The translations under genes and the position numbers were made by a program. A DNA stretch of 64,000 nucleotides from Octopus vulgaris (Eukaryota). Location of the stretch: the NCBI GenBank assembly GCA_951406725.2, contig OX597830.1, positions 58,900,001 to 58,964,000 of the forward strand, in the 5' to 3' direction. Shown here piece after piece: positions 13,265-26,167 of this stretch; position 1 is the first letter of the stretch; the number at the start of each line of letters is the position of its first letter. Below the pieces are notes generated by a model. The model was given only the letters and a program-made list of their open reading frames with translations. It ran no database searches and had not been told where the DNA came from.

Positions 13265-13490
13265 AAGCTAGCAAGCCGTGCTACTCCAGACTGATGAGGA
13301 GCAATGACTCTGAAACTAGTCTCTGGATGCTGGCTTTGCTGGGTGGAGGTCCTTATCTCCACTTTGAAAATGCAAGGACACAAGAAATGTGTCAAGGCCA
13401 ACAGAAAATGGTGTTTCTTAGGGCTAAATAGCAGTAACATTCTTCCCTTTCATGGGACTGTCACATTAAGTTGACAACATACTATCACTA
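13265..13490 (+). mobile_element. Second copy of the hammerhead-bearing unit (one arm), inverted relative to 10833-11050
   Basis: About 220 bp of clear reverse-complement identity to 10833-11050. Confidence 0.85.
13285..13327 (+). ncRNA. Minimal type I hammerhead ribozyme with intact core
   Basis: TCCAGA-CTGATGA-GGAG[CAATGA]CTCT-GAAA-CTAG-TC^TCTGGA. Perfect 6-bp stem I, consensus CUGAUGA/GAAA core, GUC cleavage triplet (cut after 13321) and palindromic stem III ACUAGU. Confidence 0.88.
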
Positions 13491-13669
13491 TACTCTTATT
13501 ATCCTTTCACATTAATCTTTGTTTAATGAAGATATGTGCCAGGGTCATTGTGAAAAAAACAAACAAATTAAAGCGGATTCTATTTGACTTTAGAAGTATT
13601 TAAATACTACAAAAATTAAAGGGATTTTTTTAAAGACCTTCAAATTCAAGAGATATTAAAAGGTAAAAC

Positions 13670-13840
13670 TCTTCAGTCTTCTGAAGTACATTTCTAACAT
13701 TAACATCTAGATTTTTCCTGAAAATCTTGGTGCAATTAATGATATTGAAGAAAGGATATCTCATTAAATCTATGAAAGCACACTATCGATGACTCTGGAA
13801 TGAAAATTATAGGAGGCTACTGCTAGATGTTATGCAATAA
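13670..13840 (+). mobile_element. Decayed DNA-transposase C-terminus, Chapaev3-like
   Basis: With frameshifts and stops it reads LKVHF*H*HLDF-PENLGAINDIEER...MKAHYR*LWNE...YC*ML. This resembles the HSHLDFFPENLGAVSDE..ERFHQD..Y.G.W...YCW motif; the family assignment is from memory. Confidence 0.55.
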
Positions 13841-14636
13841 TAGCGTAAAACGATATCTTCCAATTCTACATCAAGCATCCAGTCTCCGACAGACCGAATC
13901 ACAAATCATCAATAGTCGAAGACGACCACCAAATCTCAAAGATCGTAACAAAACGAAATCCACACCAGAGAAAGAAAATATTGCAGGTAACAAACTGTGT
14001 GAAGACTCTCGTTGTGGGACGTTGTGTGAAATAATTGAAGTGGAACAAGCAAACGATTCAAGAACGGGAAGGAATTGAAGGTGAAAGCAAACATGAATTG
14101 CAAAATAAAACATCTCATCTACTGTGTCAAATAGCCACAATGCACTGAGAACTAAGCGAACAAACAGGAAAATTAATTAACCTTGAGAGAGTTCACAAAG
14201 GGTAAATAACGAATTCATCTCTTAGTAATGTTCTATGAAATGAATATTTAGACATTTGTGCAAATGGAAGATTCAAAATATTTCTTCTGACTTTTTCTTT
14301 TTTGAAAATAAAAGAATATGATCAACTACGAGGGGCCACAGAGGAAAACTTTATAAAAACTAAACCGGAAAAAGTCAACTCCATTATTAAAAACAACTTC
14401 CTCTATAAAGTTTGCCCTATAACACTTGTGTCTGAAAAATTGAGCAACGAAAGCGCTTACACATAATACGAAAAGTTCAAAGTTCATTCCAAAAGTGTTT
14501 CGTGTCCTGATTTTCAAAGTAGTTGACACCTTTTTAAAAAAATCTTTCTTTAAATATTGTAACTGTATCAAGTATATTTTTGCAAAGTTTGTTATAAATA
14601 AATACTTGTAGTTGAACAATGTTTCAATGGCAACGC

Positions 14637-14945
<309 letters not shown>

Positions 14946-16977
14946 GTATAAATATATAAAATTCTTATTTTCCAATTTCCTTAATATTTCGCTGAAAGTG
15001 CGAGGAAGTCTTTTAAAAGTCATCCAAACAAAAACATGATTCTACAAAACAGGCTTTTAGTTTAAAACCCCTTAAAACGCACATTAATATCAAAAGTAGT
15101 GACGAACTCTGATACAGACTAATAGAAATGGATTGCGCAAGAAACCGGCTCCTCCACATGGTGGCAGTCTGTTACTTTTCGCCCTTGTTGTTTTCTTCAT
15201 TCCTCTAGTATGCGCGCGCGTATGTGCCTTTGTGCGTATTCATGTGAGTGTACGTGTGTGTGTTGTGTGTGTGTGTGTGTGTGTTTTCTGCTGTATGTAA
15301 GTGTGCATGAACGTGTACGTGCGATAAAGCTTTGACTGCACGTTGCCAGCGGTCACCCTCCTCCGTTGCAAAGGGGAGAGGCTGAGCTCCATCTAGAAGA
15401 CCCGCCTACTTCAAGAAGCTGTTGTACAACCGATGTAGGCCATTCATTCAACAGCCACAAAGACAGACGTCTTCTATATGAATGGCCTCAGTGCAACGCG
15501 AATTCTCTTTCAGAAAATGAAAGCTGCCAGGAAGTAGGTTAGGAAAATACGTAACTCGCCGCCGGCGATTGCTCGGGATGCCTTTTTTTGTTTTTAATAA
15601 GACAGTACTTAGTGTGTGGAACCTCAATTTATTCGTCATCTACACCACAAAATCCTCCTTTATTATTGAAGAAATAATAAAAGCAAACATAGCTGCATCG
15701 TTGCTTCTGGCAAAAAAGGAAAAAAGTAAAGAAAAGAACTATAAAGGAAAATCATTTTTTTTTTAACGAGGGCAAGTGATGAATGCATTCTGTACAGATG
15801 TACAATAAATCTAAATTGTTTTCTCCTTCATCGCCTTCTTTCCAGTTCGTTCCAATTTTTTTTATTAACCTTTTTATCTGCCGAGCAGGGTCACATTGTG
15901 AGATTAACTAAACAGATCCTTCTAAATAGAGGCATTGCCTTCTCATTCATTCAGATGCAGCATCCCATAAGATGCGGTCCCATCCCCTACTTTTCAGATA
16001 GTCAGAACGCTTAACTAGATGTATATAAAACATTTACATGTAATTTTTCCCAGAAGGGAGACAGCTATTTGTAAAGAAGAACAGAGATTAGAAAGCAAAA
16101 AATTTTAGATATTTTTATGCCAAGAATTGCCTGCTCTTGCATAATCATACACGATTTGAATTCATAGAGTCAGACAGCCTGGAAGCAATATTTGGTAATT
16201 TTAATGAGTCGTTGAAAAATCCCCATCAACAACGGCTTCGTCTTCACGCAGTATGTAGAAAATGAAATCTGCCTTGCAGAACCGAATCTGTTTTCAGTGG
16301 AAGTAAAGTAAAATGGATGGACGAAAATAAGGAGCCTGTATGACAGGCTCCTCTTGACGGAAGATTACCACTACTGTATAGTGTTCTCACTGAAGCAATG
16401 TTCTGGAATCTTCAACGCCATTGTTACTGAATAGATGACTGTTTTATCTTTCTATTAAACACTGAGTTGTCTATCATTCAACATTAATAAAGTAGGTGTG
16501 CAGACAAACTGAAGTACCAGGTGTGACGGTCGATTTCAACTTGAAATATTCAATGTCTGCAAGGTAAAAACAATTCATTACTCTTTTTACGTGGAAGGTT
16601 TGATAATAGTCGATATGTGTGTGTGTGTGTGTGTGTGCGTGTGTGTGTGTGCGTGTGTGTGTGTAAAAGAGAGAGAGAGGTGAGTAAATGGTATCTGGTA
16701 ACGTGTGATATCTAATCTAAGGGTTCTGGCGGTAAGTAAACGGGTTTCAAATGGCTACTAACATTGCGTTACCATTCAAAATTGTCTGGGTTGCTTTTCA
16801 ATAAATCATTCAGAAGAAATGCAGTCCCTGTAAGCTTTTTCCATCACCTCGCAGCCTCCATCCCAAGATGACTCAGAATAACTTGCTGCCTTGCTCTTGT
16901 CAGCTTTTCCCAATCCCATGATGTGTGACTTGGGTTCAACAGAATAATTGCAGTGGTAAGGGTTTGTAGGAATTAAT

Positions 16978-17144
16978 TATTGTTTCAGTCATTTGACTGC
17001 GGCCATGCTGGAGCATCACCTTAAGGGTTTTTAGCCGAACAAGTCGACCCCAAGACTTATATTCTGTAAGCCGAGTACTTATTTTATCCGTCTCTAAGTT
17101 ACGGGGACGTAAACACATCATCAGTTGTCAAGTAGAGATGGGGG

Positions 17145-17200
<56 letters not shown>

Positions 17201-17300
17201 CAACGAGCTTCTTTCAGTTTCCGTCTACCAAATCCACTTGCTCGGCCCGAGGTGTCACGCAGTGGGACTGAACCCGGAACCACACAGCTATGCCTGCGCC
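16978..17300 (-). mobile_element. SINE family B copy with internal (CA)n(TA)n
   Basis: TGTTTCAGTCATTTGACTGCGGCCATGCTGGAGCA...GCAGTGGGACTGAACCCGGAACC. Confidence 0.85.
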
Positions 17301-19672
17301 TAATGGTTAAAATATAGAAATACATTTTAATATAATCGATGAATGTCAATGAGACGTGGTAAAATCAAAGTCGTTATTGAACTGAGTAGATTTTATTGTA
17401 CGAGATATTTATTTTATCCGAAAACAGAAACTACGACAAAGATAGCCCGAATAGGATTGGCAAACAATTCAATCACTTGGATTGCAATTAACTTTTGTCT
17501 ATTTTCTAAAGTAGGTATTTTTTTTCTACATTTTATTCTGCGTATTATTCTCTCCCCAGCGTCATGTGACTGCATCATGTAACTGCGTCATGTAACTGCG
17601 TCATGTAACTGGCAAGAGCGTGGTGTAACAAGACACACTGTAGTGTAACTTGTAACAGTGTAATGTAACTAATATTGTAACGTAACTAGTAATATCAATG
17701 AAAACACAATCTTTCTAATTTGTCATGCTGTCGTACATTTCTTAATCTTCGACTAATAGAAGCTGTTAGTCTTTTGCATGTAAAACACTTTCTACAAGTT
17801 AGTTGTTTATGTAGTTTATCTGTGTGTGAGAACAGCATACTATATGCGATGTAACAGCAAACGATACGTTAATAAGCTCGGTCGAGGTGATGACTGGTCA
17901 AAATGACAAAGGCGTGTGTAAAGACAACATACTAAAGTGTCCGAAGAATCGACTGCTTCTACCGAAATGTAACGCCCAAGTTGTAGACTGAGGAAACGGA
18001 TATGTACAATGACTGAATGTTTGTGATGACTATAGATGAAATTATTCATAGTCCCATGAATTTTAAAAACTTGCTGCAGATACATACATACATGCCCACA
18101 TACCTATATAAACTCCATGTCACACTTACGGACCATAAACAAAACGTATTGGTTATTCATCTTATAGGTAAACAGAGTTGATCGAAAATAAGTTACATAA
18201 AGTAAAGAAAAACATTTTAAATACGATTTTCCTTAAATTAAACAAACAATTGTTCATTAGTTTAGTATATTAACAACAGGAATTTTAAAAAGTTCACTTT
18301 GTTGAAGATTAACGAATTATCGTCTTTGATAACTAAATGGTTGCTTAAAAAGCATTAGTTTTCGCCAGGGGTTATATATCAATATCGGTGATTCGAATAT
18401 TAAAATAATTATACATGAAAGAAGAACGTTACATCATTTCTCGATTAAGGTTCTAATGATAAAGAGAAAGTAGGCAATTTTTTTAATGTCAAGATAAAAT
18501 CGATTCCACTGAAATTTGTGAGCTCAAGTATTTATGTTTTGTATTTTTATATAATAAATTCAATAATTTACACCCTGAGTTATATAGAGATGAAGGACTT
18601 GTTTTTACACGTAATGTGATGTAAGAAAATTTGAGTTTTATACCCTGAAGTTACTACCTCAAATTGAGCAACTTATAAATCAAATAAAAGTTGCAGTATA
18701 TAAAGGTAGTTTCTAATCATTCACCTGTTATTGTAAATAATCGTTAGAAACCTTGATAAAATATTCGTTTTAAAATATCCTCACTTTTATCAGACCTCGT
18801 TTTCATTTAACGCAGTTGCTCCTTATTATGATGTGGCAATAAAGCGCAGCGAATAAGACTAAATACTTAAAAGTACGATTTTCATAAAGAAAAATATAAA
18901 ACGAAAACTCTTCCCACAATTCTCATTTTGTATCATTCTATATACAAATTGCTTTAATTTATTAAATATTTTCAAAAAAAAAAATAATAAAAAAACTAAA
19001 ATTGTAAGTTGTTAAACAAAAATAATGTGATTGCTAGGTTAAAATCCGAAATATGCGAAATCATGCATATTTGAGATTTCACATTGAATTTTAATTGTAT
19101 ACAAAATTTAGCTGCAGAAATATTTGATATTAATAAAAACCTTAAATTCTATCCACATTTAGTCTTTTTCGTTTGAATCACAGTAGAAATTCTGAAATAT
19201 CCTTAATTTGTATTTTTTAAAACACCATCAATTACCGCATTCACTGCTAAATTTCAGTTTCTAAAAGTTATATTGATTTCACTGGATATCTGTTCAAATT
19301 AAAGTATAATCAACATAAGATCATGTTTATTGAAATCTTAAACGATAACCCGATGCATCAATGCTTTCTGAATATATTTAGATTTCAAAAATAAGAATAT
19401 TAGAAAGTCTGAAATCATTTGGCTCATGTTAGTAAATGCCAAACTATGCACACGATGAAGCAATTTTTGTAATATCTGCATATCAGAAAAGCTTCACATA
19501 TTTTCCAGAGATGTTCCACCCTTTAAAATATTTCGAGATAACCTTCTTTTGTTACTATAAACTTCAAATTTGTCCAAATATTTCAAAATGCTCTACAAAC
19601 AAATGCCATGCAACCCTACTTAATACTGTTAAACGCTACGCGCCAATAATAAAAGCTTTCTTTTGTTTATAT

Positions 19673-19975
19673 GTTTGTTCCTTCTCGAGCCATGCGTGGC
19701 TCATAAGGGCCGGCTTCCCGGTTTCCTTGGCGTATAGGTTCCCCACCTGGATGGGACGCCGGTCCGTCGCAGGTGAGCTGCAAGATGCAGGAGGAGGAAA
19801 GAGTGAGAGAAAGTTGTGGTGAAAGAGTCAGCAGAAGTTCGCCATTACCTTCTGCCGAAACAGCGTGGAGCTTAGGTGTTTCTCTCATAAACACACACAT
19901 CACCCGGTCTGATATTCGAACCCGCGATCCCTCGAATGCGAGTCCGCTGCTCTAACCACTAGGCCATATGCCTCC
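19673..19975 (-). mobile_element. Full-length tRNA-derived SINE with V/Meta-like domain
   Basis: Head GGCCTAGTGGTTAGAGCAGCGG...GGTTCGAAT, domain CTGCGACGGACCGGCGTCCCATCCAGG, and a 14-bp target-site duplication TCTTTTGTTTATAT (19659-19672 / 19976-19989). Confidence 0.88.
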
Positions 19976-20190
19976 TCTTTTGTTTATATAAATTTAAGAT
20001 TTTGTTTATATTCAACAATTTATTTGCTTTTATATAAATATATCCACGTTTTATTGACTTTGTTGTTTCTGGATTGGAAATGTGAAGCTCGGAGCAAGGA
20101 TTTGTATAGTTTCAACTTCAATTTACGTATACATATACTACCTACCTACCTACCTACCTACCTACCTACATACATACATACATACATACA

Positions 20191-20244
<54 letters not shown>

Positions 20245-21429
20245 CTTATATATGTATACATACATACACACACACGCACAGATATGCACATAAATCTATA
20301 TACATAGAAATGAATATACACCTATTCTTTTGTCTTCTCTCCCAACCCCAAAGCAAGCGTATACACACATATGTACGAGTGTGTGTCTGTGTGTATAACG
20401 TTATGTGAATCTCTCGTTGTCGATTGATTAACTCACCGACCATGGTTTACACCTATCATTGTTCGTTCATGCCATCTTTTTCGCGATCAATATTAAGGAA
20501 ACCTCATCGAAACTCTATAAAGAAAATGTTGGACGTGGCTGCAAGTAGATGATTTATGCCTTGAAGGAAGAGAGGAGGAAACAAACACGAACCTTGGGTG
20601 ACACTAGAGTTAATTGAGAACGTATCAGAAAGAGCTCTGTTAGCAAATGCTCCGGCGGTGTAATCAGATGTTATCACTCCAAGAGATAGGCAAGAAGATG
20701 CCGAGAGATGAGACAGTATTGATCCAAGATGAAGTATTCAGCGTTCGTTTGTATAATTAGAAAATAAAAGATATTTTGTAAAGGAGTCTTTTTTAAAGAA
20801 AATATCTTTTTGCTTTAATTGTTGCGTTGGAAATAAGAGGATGTAACGATGAAGTTACAAAGACCCTTCCAGGATTGATCCAAGGGACGTTCATCAGAAA
20901 GCTGACGATTATAAGTCGAGTAAACTTATGTGGTAGCTCGAACAACTAAAAAAGACCCCTAATTTCCCTTAAACTATACTCTATCGCTTTGAATAAAAAC
21001 AAATTCAAGAAAGATAGAATGGTAGTCCTGAAATTCTTTAGGTTATAAGTCTGTACGATCTGGGTTGACTTGGATACAAAAGATGACAATAACAATATTT
21101 ACAATAATAATAGTAGCAACGACGACGACGACAGCTGGTGAAGCAGCAGTAACGAAAAGGGCAGGAATGTACTTTGTGTGGGTTGACATTCTAGAAAGGA
21201 GGAATTAACCAAAATAGTTAATGAGAAGCCAAGTGGATGAGACTCAATATTCGTGACATAAAAAGAAGAGGCAGGTGTATATCTGTGTAGTTGTTGTATG
21301 GAACTGAGATAAAGACCGTTTATAGTTGAGGGAGGAAAAAGCGAATGAGGAAACGGCTCATCGATCAGCTCAGTCAATTGGCCATTCAATCGGAGATGAC
21401 GCTCATTTTCCGACATAAACACTTGCTTA

Positions 21430-21630
21430 TATATTGATTTCGAATTGAAGCACAAAGCCAGCAATTTCGAAGGAGAGGGTAAATCGATTAAATTGACTCT
21501 AGTTTTCAACTGATACTTATTCCATCGACCCCCAAAAAGGGATGAAAGGCAAAGTCGGCGAATTTTCACTCAGAATGTAAAGACGGACGAAATGCCGCTA
21601 AGCGTTTTGTACGGCGTGCTAACGATTTTA
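21430..21630 (-). mobile_element. CORE-SINE, degenerate
   Basis: GATGAAAGGCAAAGTCGGCG...CTCAGAATGTAAAGACGGACGAAATGCCGCTAAG. Confidence 0.75.
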
Positions 21631-21836
21631 TTTGAATCATATGCCTTCAACAAATTATAGATCTATACCGAAGCATCAGTGTCATAGGCATATCTGTGGG
21701 TTTTATATACCATCAAATACACTATATTAAATTGTTTTCGCTTTCTGAGTTCTCATGAATAATGATATTTTATGACATAACCCAGTATGAAAATATGTGT
21801 GTCTGAGTGTGTGTATGTGTGTGAGTAGGCATACAG

Positions 21837-21924
<88 letters not shown>

Positions 21925-21949
21925 CTTTGGTATTTATTTGATGTCCTTT

Positions 21950-23620
21950 TTTCCTTCTCTTGCTGAATTCAAGCAAGGTTCTTTTGCTTAAACAAAGACA
22001 ACTGTCGGGGTTTGTGGTCTCATGGATTGGTTGATGCATGCCAATATGTGGGTGCGTTATGCATCTGGATGAACTTGCATTCGTGGCTGTTCATGTTCCG
22101 ATTGAAGTATATGTTTCATTACAGTTTGGATACCCCTATGTATATGTGATTTTGTGCACATGCCCACCCAGGGACCTCAAATGGAAAACCCTTGAAATGT
22201 TTTACAAATGTTTGCTGTGTCTCTAATCGGCTGTATCTGATGAATGCAAAACAATCTGCTCTGTTCTATCTTAAAGAACCCCGGTATCTCTATGTCGCTA
22301 TGCAGATAGGTTGTGACGTCGCCCAGCGCTTTTATGATAATAGAAACAAATGAAGATCTATAGCTGGGATGTAAGAGCTGTTGGCTTCTCAACTGTCCTC
22401 TTTCTTAAGCTGCTCTCACTTTCCCAAACTTTTGAAGCAACATTATTCACATCTGTTTGGGCGGCTGATCTCTTCAACGATGCACCATAGTTTCGCCTTG
22501 TCTCATACAGTTATATCTGGCCTGTTGTGCTTACACCTTGTTGCTGTTTTCATTGGTCTGTCCCACTGATAATAATCGCTATTTTTAAACATGTGGATAT
22601 TCTCAGGTTCTGACGTGCCTTTGGTCTGGTCGTCAGGAGAATCCTTCCCGCGTATAGCATTGTAGACTGTCTTAATGGCAATGCTATGTCTCATAAAAAG
22701 TAATATCTTGCGGACATTTATGGACGGCTACAAATGATATGAGCGATATCTTCCACATTGGTTTGGCGCAGACGACACTATCACAACGTGGAGGTCTAGA
22801 GGTAGCCTTATTGCTCTTTTTGATCAAGTATTGAGTAACTATCTCCTATTCCTCGATAGCAAATGCATAACATTGTAGGTGAGATGTGAAATGTGATGCA
22901 TCCAGAAGAGGTTACTCTTCCAGTCAATACTCGCATTTTCTAGTTTGCTGGTTATGTACCCGTGCTGGTATGATGACTATTTTGCGTCTTCTAAGTCTCT
23001 ATTTGAATAGGTCAGTCCCCTAGGTTTACATGGAAAGTACTTGTCCAGGAGTTCCTCGCTCAGTCTTATTATATTATTACTTTCACTGTTGAATATACAT
23101 GTGGTGTATTAATTTCTCTCTTTAAGTAGGCGATGTCTGTGTGACGCAATACAGCATTCAAAGATTCACTGAACTGATCTTGTGCTTCAACCTCTGTCCT
23201 TCCATTTATATAAAGCCTGTCGATGTTACTATTGATGTAGAAATTACTAGTCATTCTAAGTATCTTCATAGTCCTGATATCCAGGTTGCAGATTTCTTAA
23301 AGTATCCAGTCTAAAACGTCAAACGTTGGTACTAGCATTGGCGTTGCGAAAAACATTATAGGATATAGTTTGGTTGAACAGCTCTAACTTCCATTTCCTC
23401 AGAAGCCTGCTGAAGTACTTTTTGTCACCCTGTCAGTTTCAAGGTATTTGTAACATTCATTACTGGTGATAGGGGAAATAGACAGGCAGTTGATATCCAT
23501 ATTCCTTCTCTATTCGATAATTCTTCTTCGTTTGACTTCTGAATATGAATACTTGTTCTGACCTAAGTCCATATCTGTGTTCCGTGAGAATGTTATGACA
23601 AATTCTGCTTTTTGGCGTCA
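21950..23620 (-). mobile_element. Old, decayed RLE-type (R4/Dong-like) non-LTR retrotransposon 3' half
   Basis: Remnants YKYLE (RT C-terminus), NIDRLYIN, a decayed Zn finger followed by RHSIAIKTVYNAIR, and WDRPMKT...NRPDITV (PD-(D/E)xK RLE). Related to 44.6-45.0 kb. Confidence 0.75.
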
Positions 23621-23711
23621 TGAATATTACCTAAGAGCATTACGAGAAAAAGGGTATATTATTTACATTATTTACATTTGACGGATATTTGTCCTCATCT
23701 TGTTTGTTGTT

Positions 23712-23757
23712 AACACAACGTTTCGGCTGATATACCCTCCAGTCTTCATCAGGTGTC
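23712..23757 (-). ncRNA. Minimal hammerhead motif, left arm
   Basis: GACAC-CTGATGA-A-GACTG[GAGGGTATAT]CAGCC-GAAACGTT-GTGTT; stem I GACAC/GTGTT, stem III palindromic ACGT. Confidence 0.7.
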
Positions 23758-23810
23758 TTGAGGAAATTTCGAACCTAGATTCTCATTCCTAAGGTTCGAA
23801 ATTTCTCCAA

Positions 23811-23856
23811 GAAACCTGATGAAGGCTGGAGGGTATATCGGCCGAAACGTTGTGTT
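23811..23856 (+). ncRNA. Minimal hammerhead motif, right arm
   Basis: GAAAC-CTGATGA-A-GGCTG[GAGGGTATAT]CGGCC-GAAACGTT-GTGTT. Confidence 0.7.
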
Positions 23857-24371
23857 GACAACAAACAAGATGAAGGCAAATATCCGTCAAATGTAAATAA
23901 TGTAAATAATGTACATAATTCCCCAACTCTTAAATATAGAATTGAGAAAGCGGGTGACTGAAATTAATCTCTCTTTTATGTGCAGCCCCTATCATGTACT
24001 CTTTGCATTTCCTAAACAGAGCAGCAAGGGGATCACTGCCAGGACGAAAGGTATTTCAGATAATCTGTTATTGGAACATCCCTGCCGATAACGTAATTCT
24101 GTTTCTGACTGTCGGAGTAGCTTTCGTTCGTGACAAAAGCTCTGTGGACCACGTTGTTAGGCTTTTGATGGTGTTGATTCTAGCAGTTGGAACCTTAATA
24201 AGGCGTATTGATTCTATTATCTGTAAGTGAGGGACAAGGTCAAATACCTTCAGTGGTGAAATTTCGCTTCAAGGACAGCTTTATTGGTGAGGTGTGGTTT
24301 GCTAGAGTCGCAGACTTCTTTCTTTCCTCCAACCTGTTCTTCAGTCATTTCACAATGATCCTGGATGGATG

Positions 24372-24687
24372 TATGAAGGTGAGTCAAAAAGTAATGCCAT
24401 TTTGTTTAGGACAGGTAAAATTACCAATACAGGAACATGTATCATTCATCAAAATGAAGCTGGTCCTCTTCTGAATCATAGTCACCGTTTCTCTCAACAG
24501 CAATGTTCCACCTTCAAATGAGAGCATGCTTCCCTGCCCCGTAAAATTATGTTGACTGTTCTTTGAGTCACTTCTTCATTAGTTTACACTGGAATAATTC
24601 AGCGCCTTCAGACTATCATCTCTTCGGCCCCATGAAAGAAGGTTTGAGAGGCAAAGCTTATTCCAGTGACGAGGAAGTGAAACTGTA
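24372..24687 (+). mobile_element. Mariner (DD34D-type) deletion remnant
   Basis: TIR-like TATGAAGGTGAGTCAAAAAGTAATGCC; 24600-24687 encodes SAPSDYHLFGPMKEGLRGKAYSSDEEVK, matching the mariner YSPDLAPSDYHLF motif. Confidence 0.75.
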
Positions 24688-24794
24688 GTCGGTTTATTGC
24701 AGGAGTTTCTTTTCACCTTTTCTTCATGTCGCAGAGGAAGTTAGTTCTTTGGATGCACGGGTACGTTTGTATATATATATAAGCGCCTGTTTAT

Positions 24795-24795
24795 A

Positions 24796-24884
<89 letters not shown>

Positions 24885-24911
24885 AGTGTGCGTATGGTTG
24901 TGTGTATATGC

Positions 24912-24960
<49 letters not shown>

Positions 24961-25992
24961 TATATATATATGTGTGTGTGAGTGTGTATATTAAATGCAC
25001 TCTTCTCAAGTGGAACGTAACACCCGCATATACACAATCATATGTGAGGGTGGCTGTATATGTGTGTGTGTTTATGTATCTGTATATCTCTCTACATCTG
25101 CATGTGCGTGTATATGTATCTAAGTACATATGTATGTGTACATATATACATATATACATTCAAACATACATGCATATACTTACATGTATATATACATACA
25201 TGCTTATATATAAAGGCATATGTACAAGCACATGACACGCACACACACAAATGTGCACGTACATATATACATACATATATACATAAGTATGTATGTATAT
25301 ATACATATGTGTGTGTGTGTGTGTGTACATTTGTCCTGTCAAATAATTCCTGAACAGGACAGAAGAGTTGTAACTTTAAGAAAATAAAAATGGATAAATA
25401 AATATTAAAATAAATATAAAAATAAATACATAAATGCATAAAGAATGATGTGTAGTGGGGGGGGAGAAAGAAAGAGAAAGATCGAGATTTAGAGTAAGGG
25501 AGGGAGGGAAAGAGGAAACAAAAGAAGGTGATAGATTTCGGGGGTGAAATATAGAGGAGAACGTTAAAGAGAAAGAGAAAGAGAGCAAATGATAGAGAAA
25601 GAGAGAGAGAGAGGGGGTAGTGAATGAGAGAGAGTGAAAGAAAGAGAAAGTAAAGTGGAGTGTATGGAGGGGAGGAACAAAACAAAACAATCCCATTGAA
25701 GAAAGGGTGAAAGAGATTAATGTGGGATTGATCTGGTTGAAGCTATTGAAGTTGTGGTGACATGGCAGAGGCCCCAGCGTCTCGCTGAATGCAGTCCCTC
25801 ACTCTACTCCAAACAACCACCGAGACTCCAACGTGGGGCTCCAACGGAGCACGTGCTCGGTCGCTTCTGTCACTTAAACCTAACATCTGTACAAGACTTA
25901 ATTTCAAGATTAAAGAAGGAAAACGAAAAACACACAAAAAAGAAGAAAAAAAATCAACTCCCCCCAAAATGGACAAACGTGTGTTTTTGTGT

Positions 25993-26062
<70 letters not shown>

Positions 26063-26135
26063 TGGCGGTAGTAGGAGATAATGTTTGGCTGGTCTCCGTT
26101 TGGCAGTGTCATGATGGTTGTTGTTATTGTTGTTG

Positions 26136-26167
<32 letters not shown>

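Larger units (their letters stand above)
23658..23910. repeat. ~250 bp near-perfect palindrome with a hammerhead motif in each arm
   Basis: Arms of ~119 bp (23658-23776 / 23792-23910) with a 15-nt spacer. Confidence 0.92.

Noticed and set aside
19900-19975. tRNA-like sequence
   Set aside because: It is the head of a SINE bounded by a target-site duplication, with no complete cloverleaf.
25743-25892. Possible exon 2 of the 33.9 kb gene (pyrimidine tract plus TACAG acceptor on the minus strand)
   Set aside because: In the required phase-1 frame a TGA stop appears within six codons.
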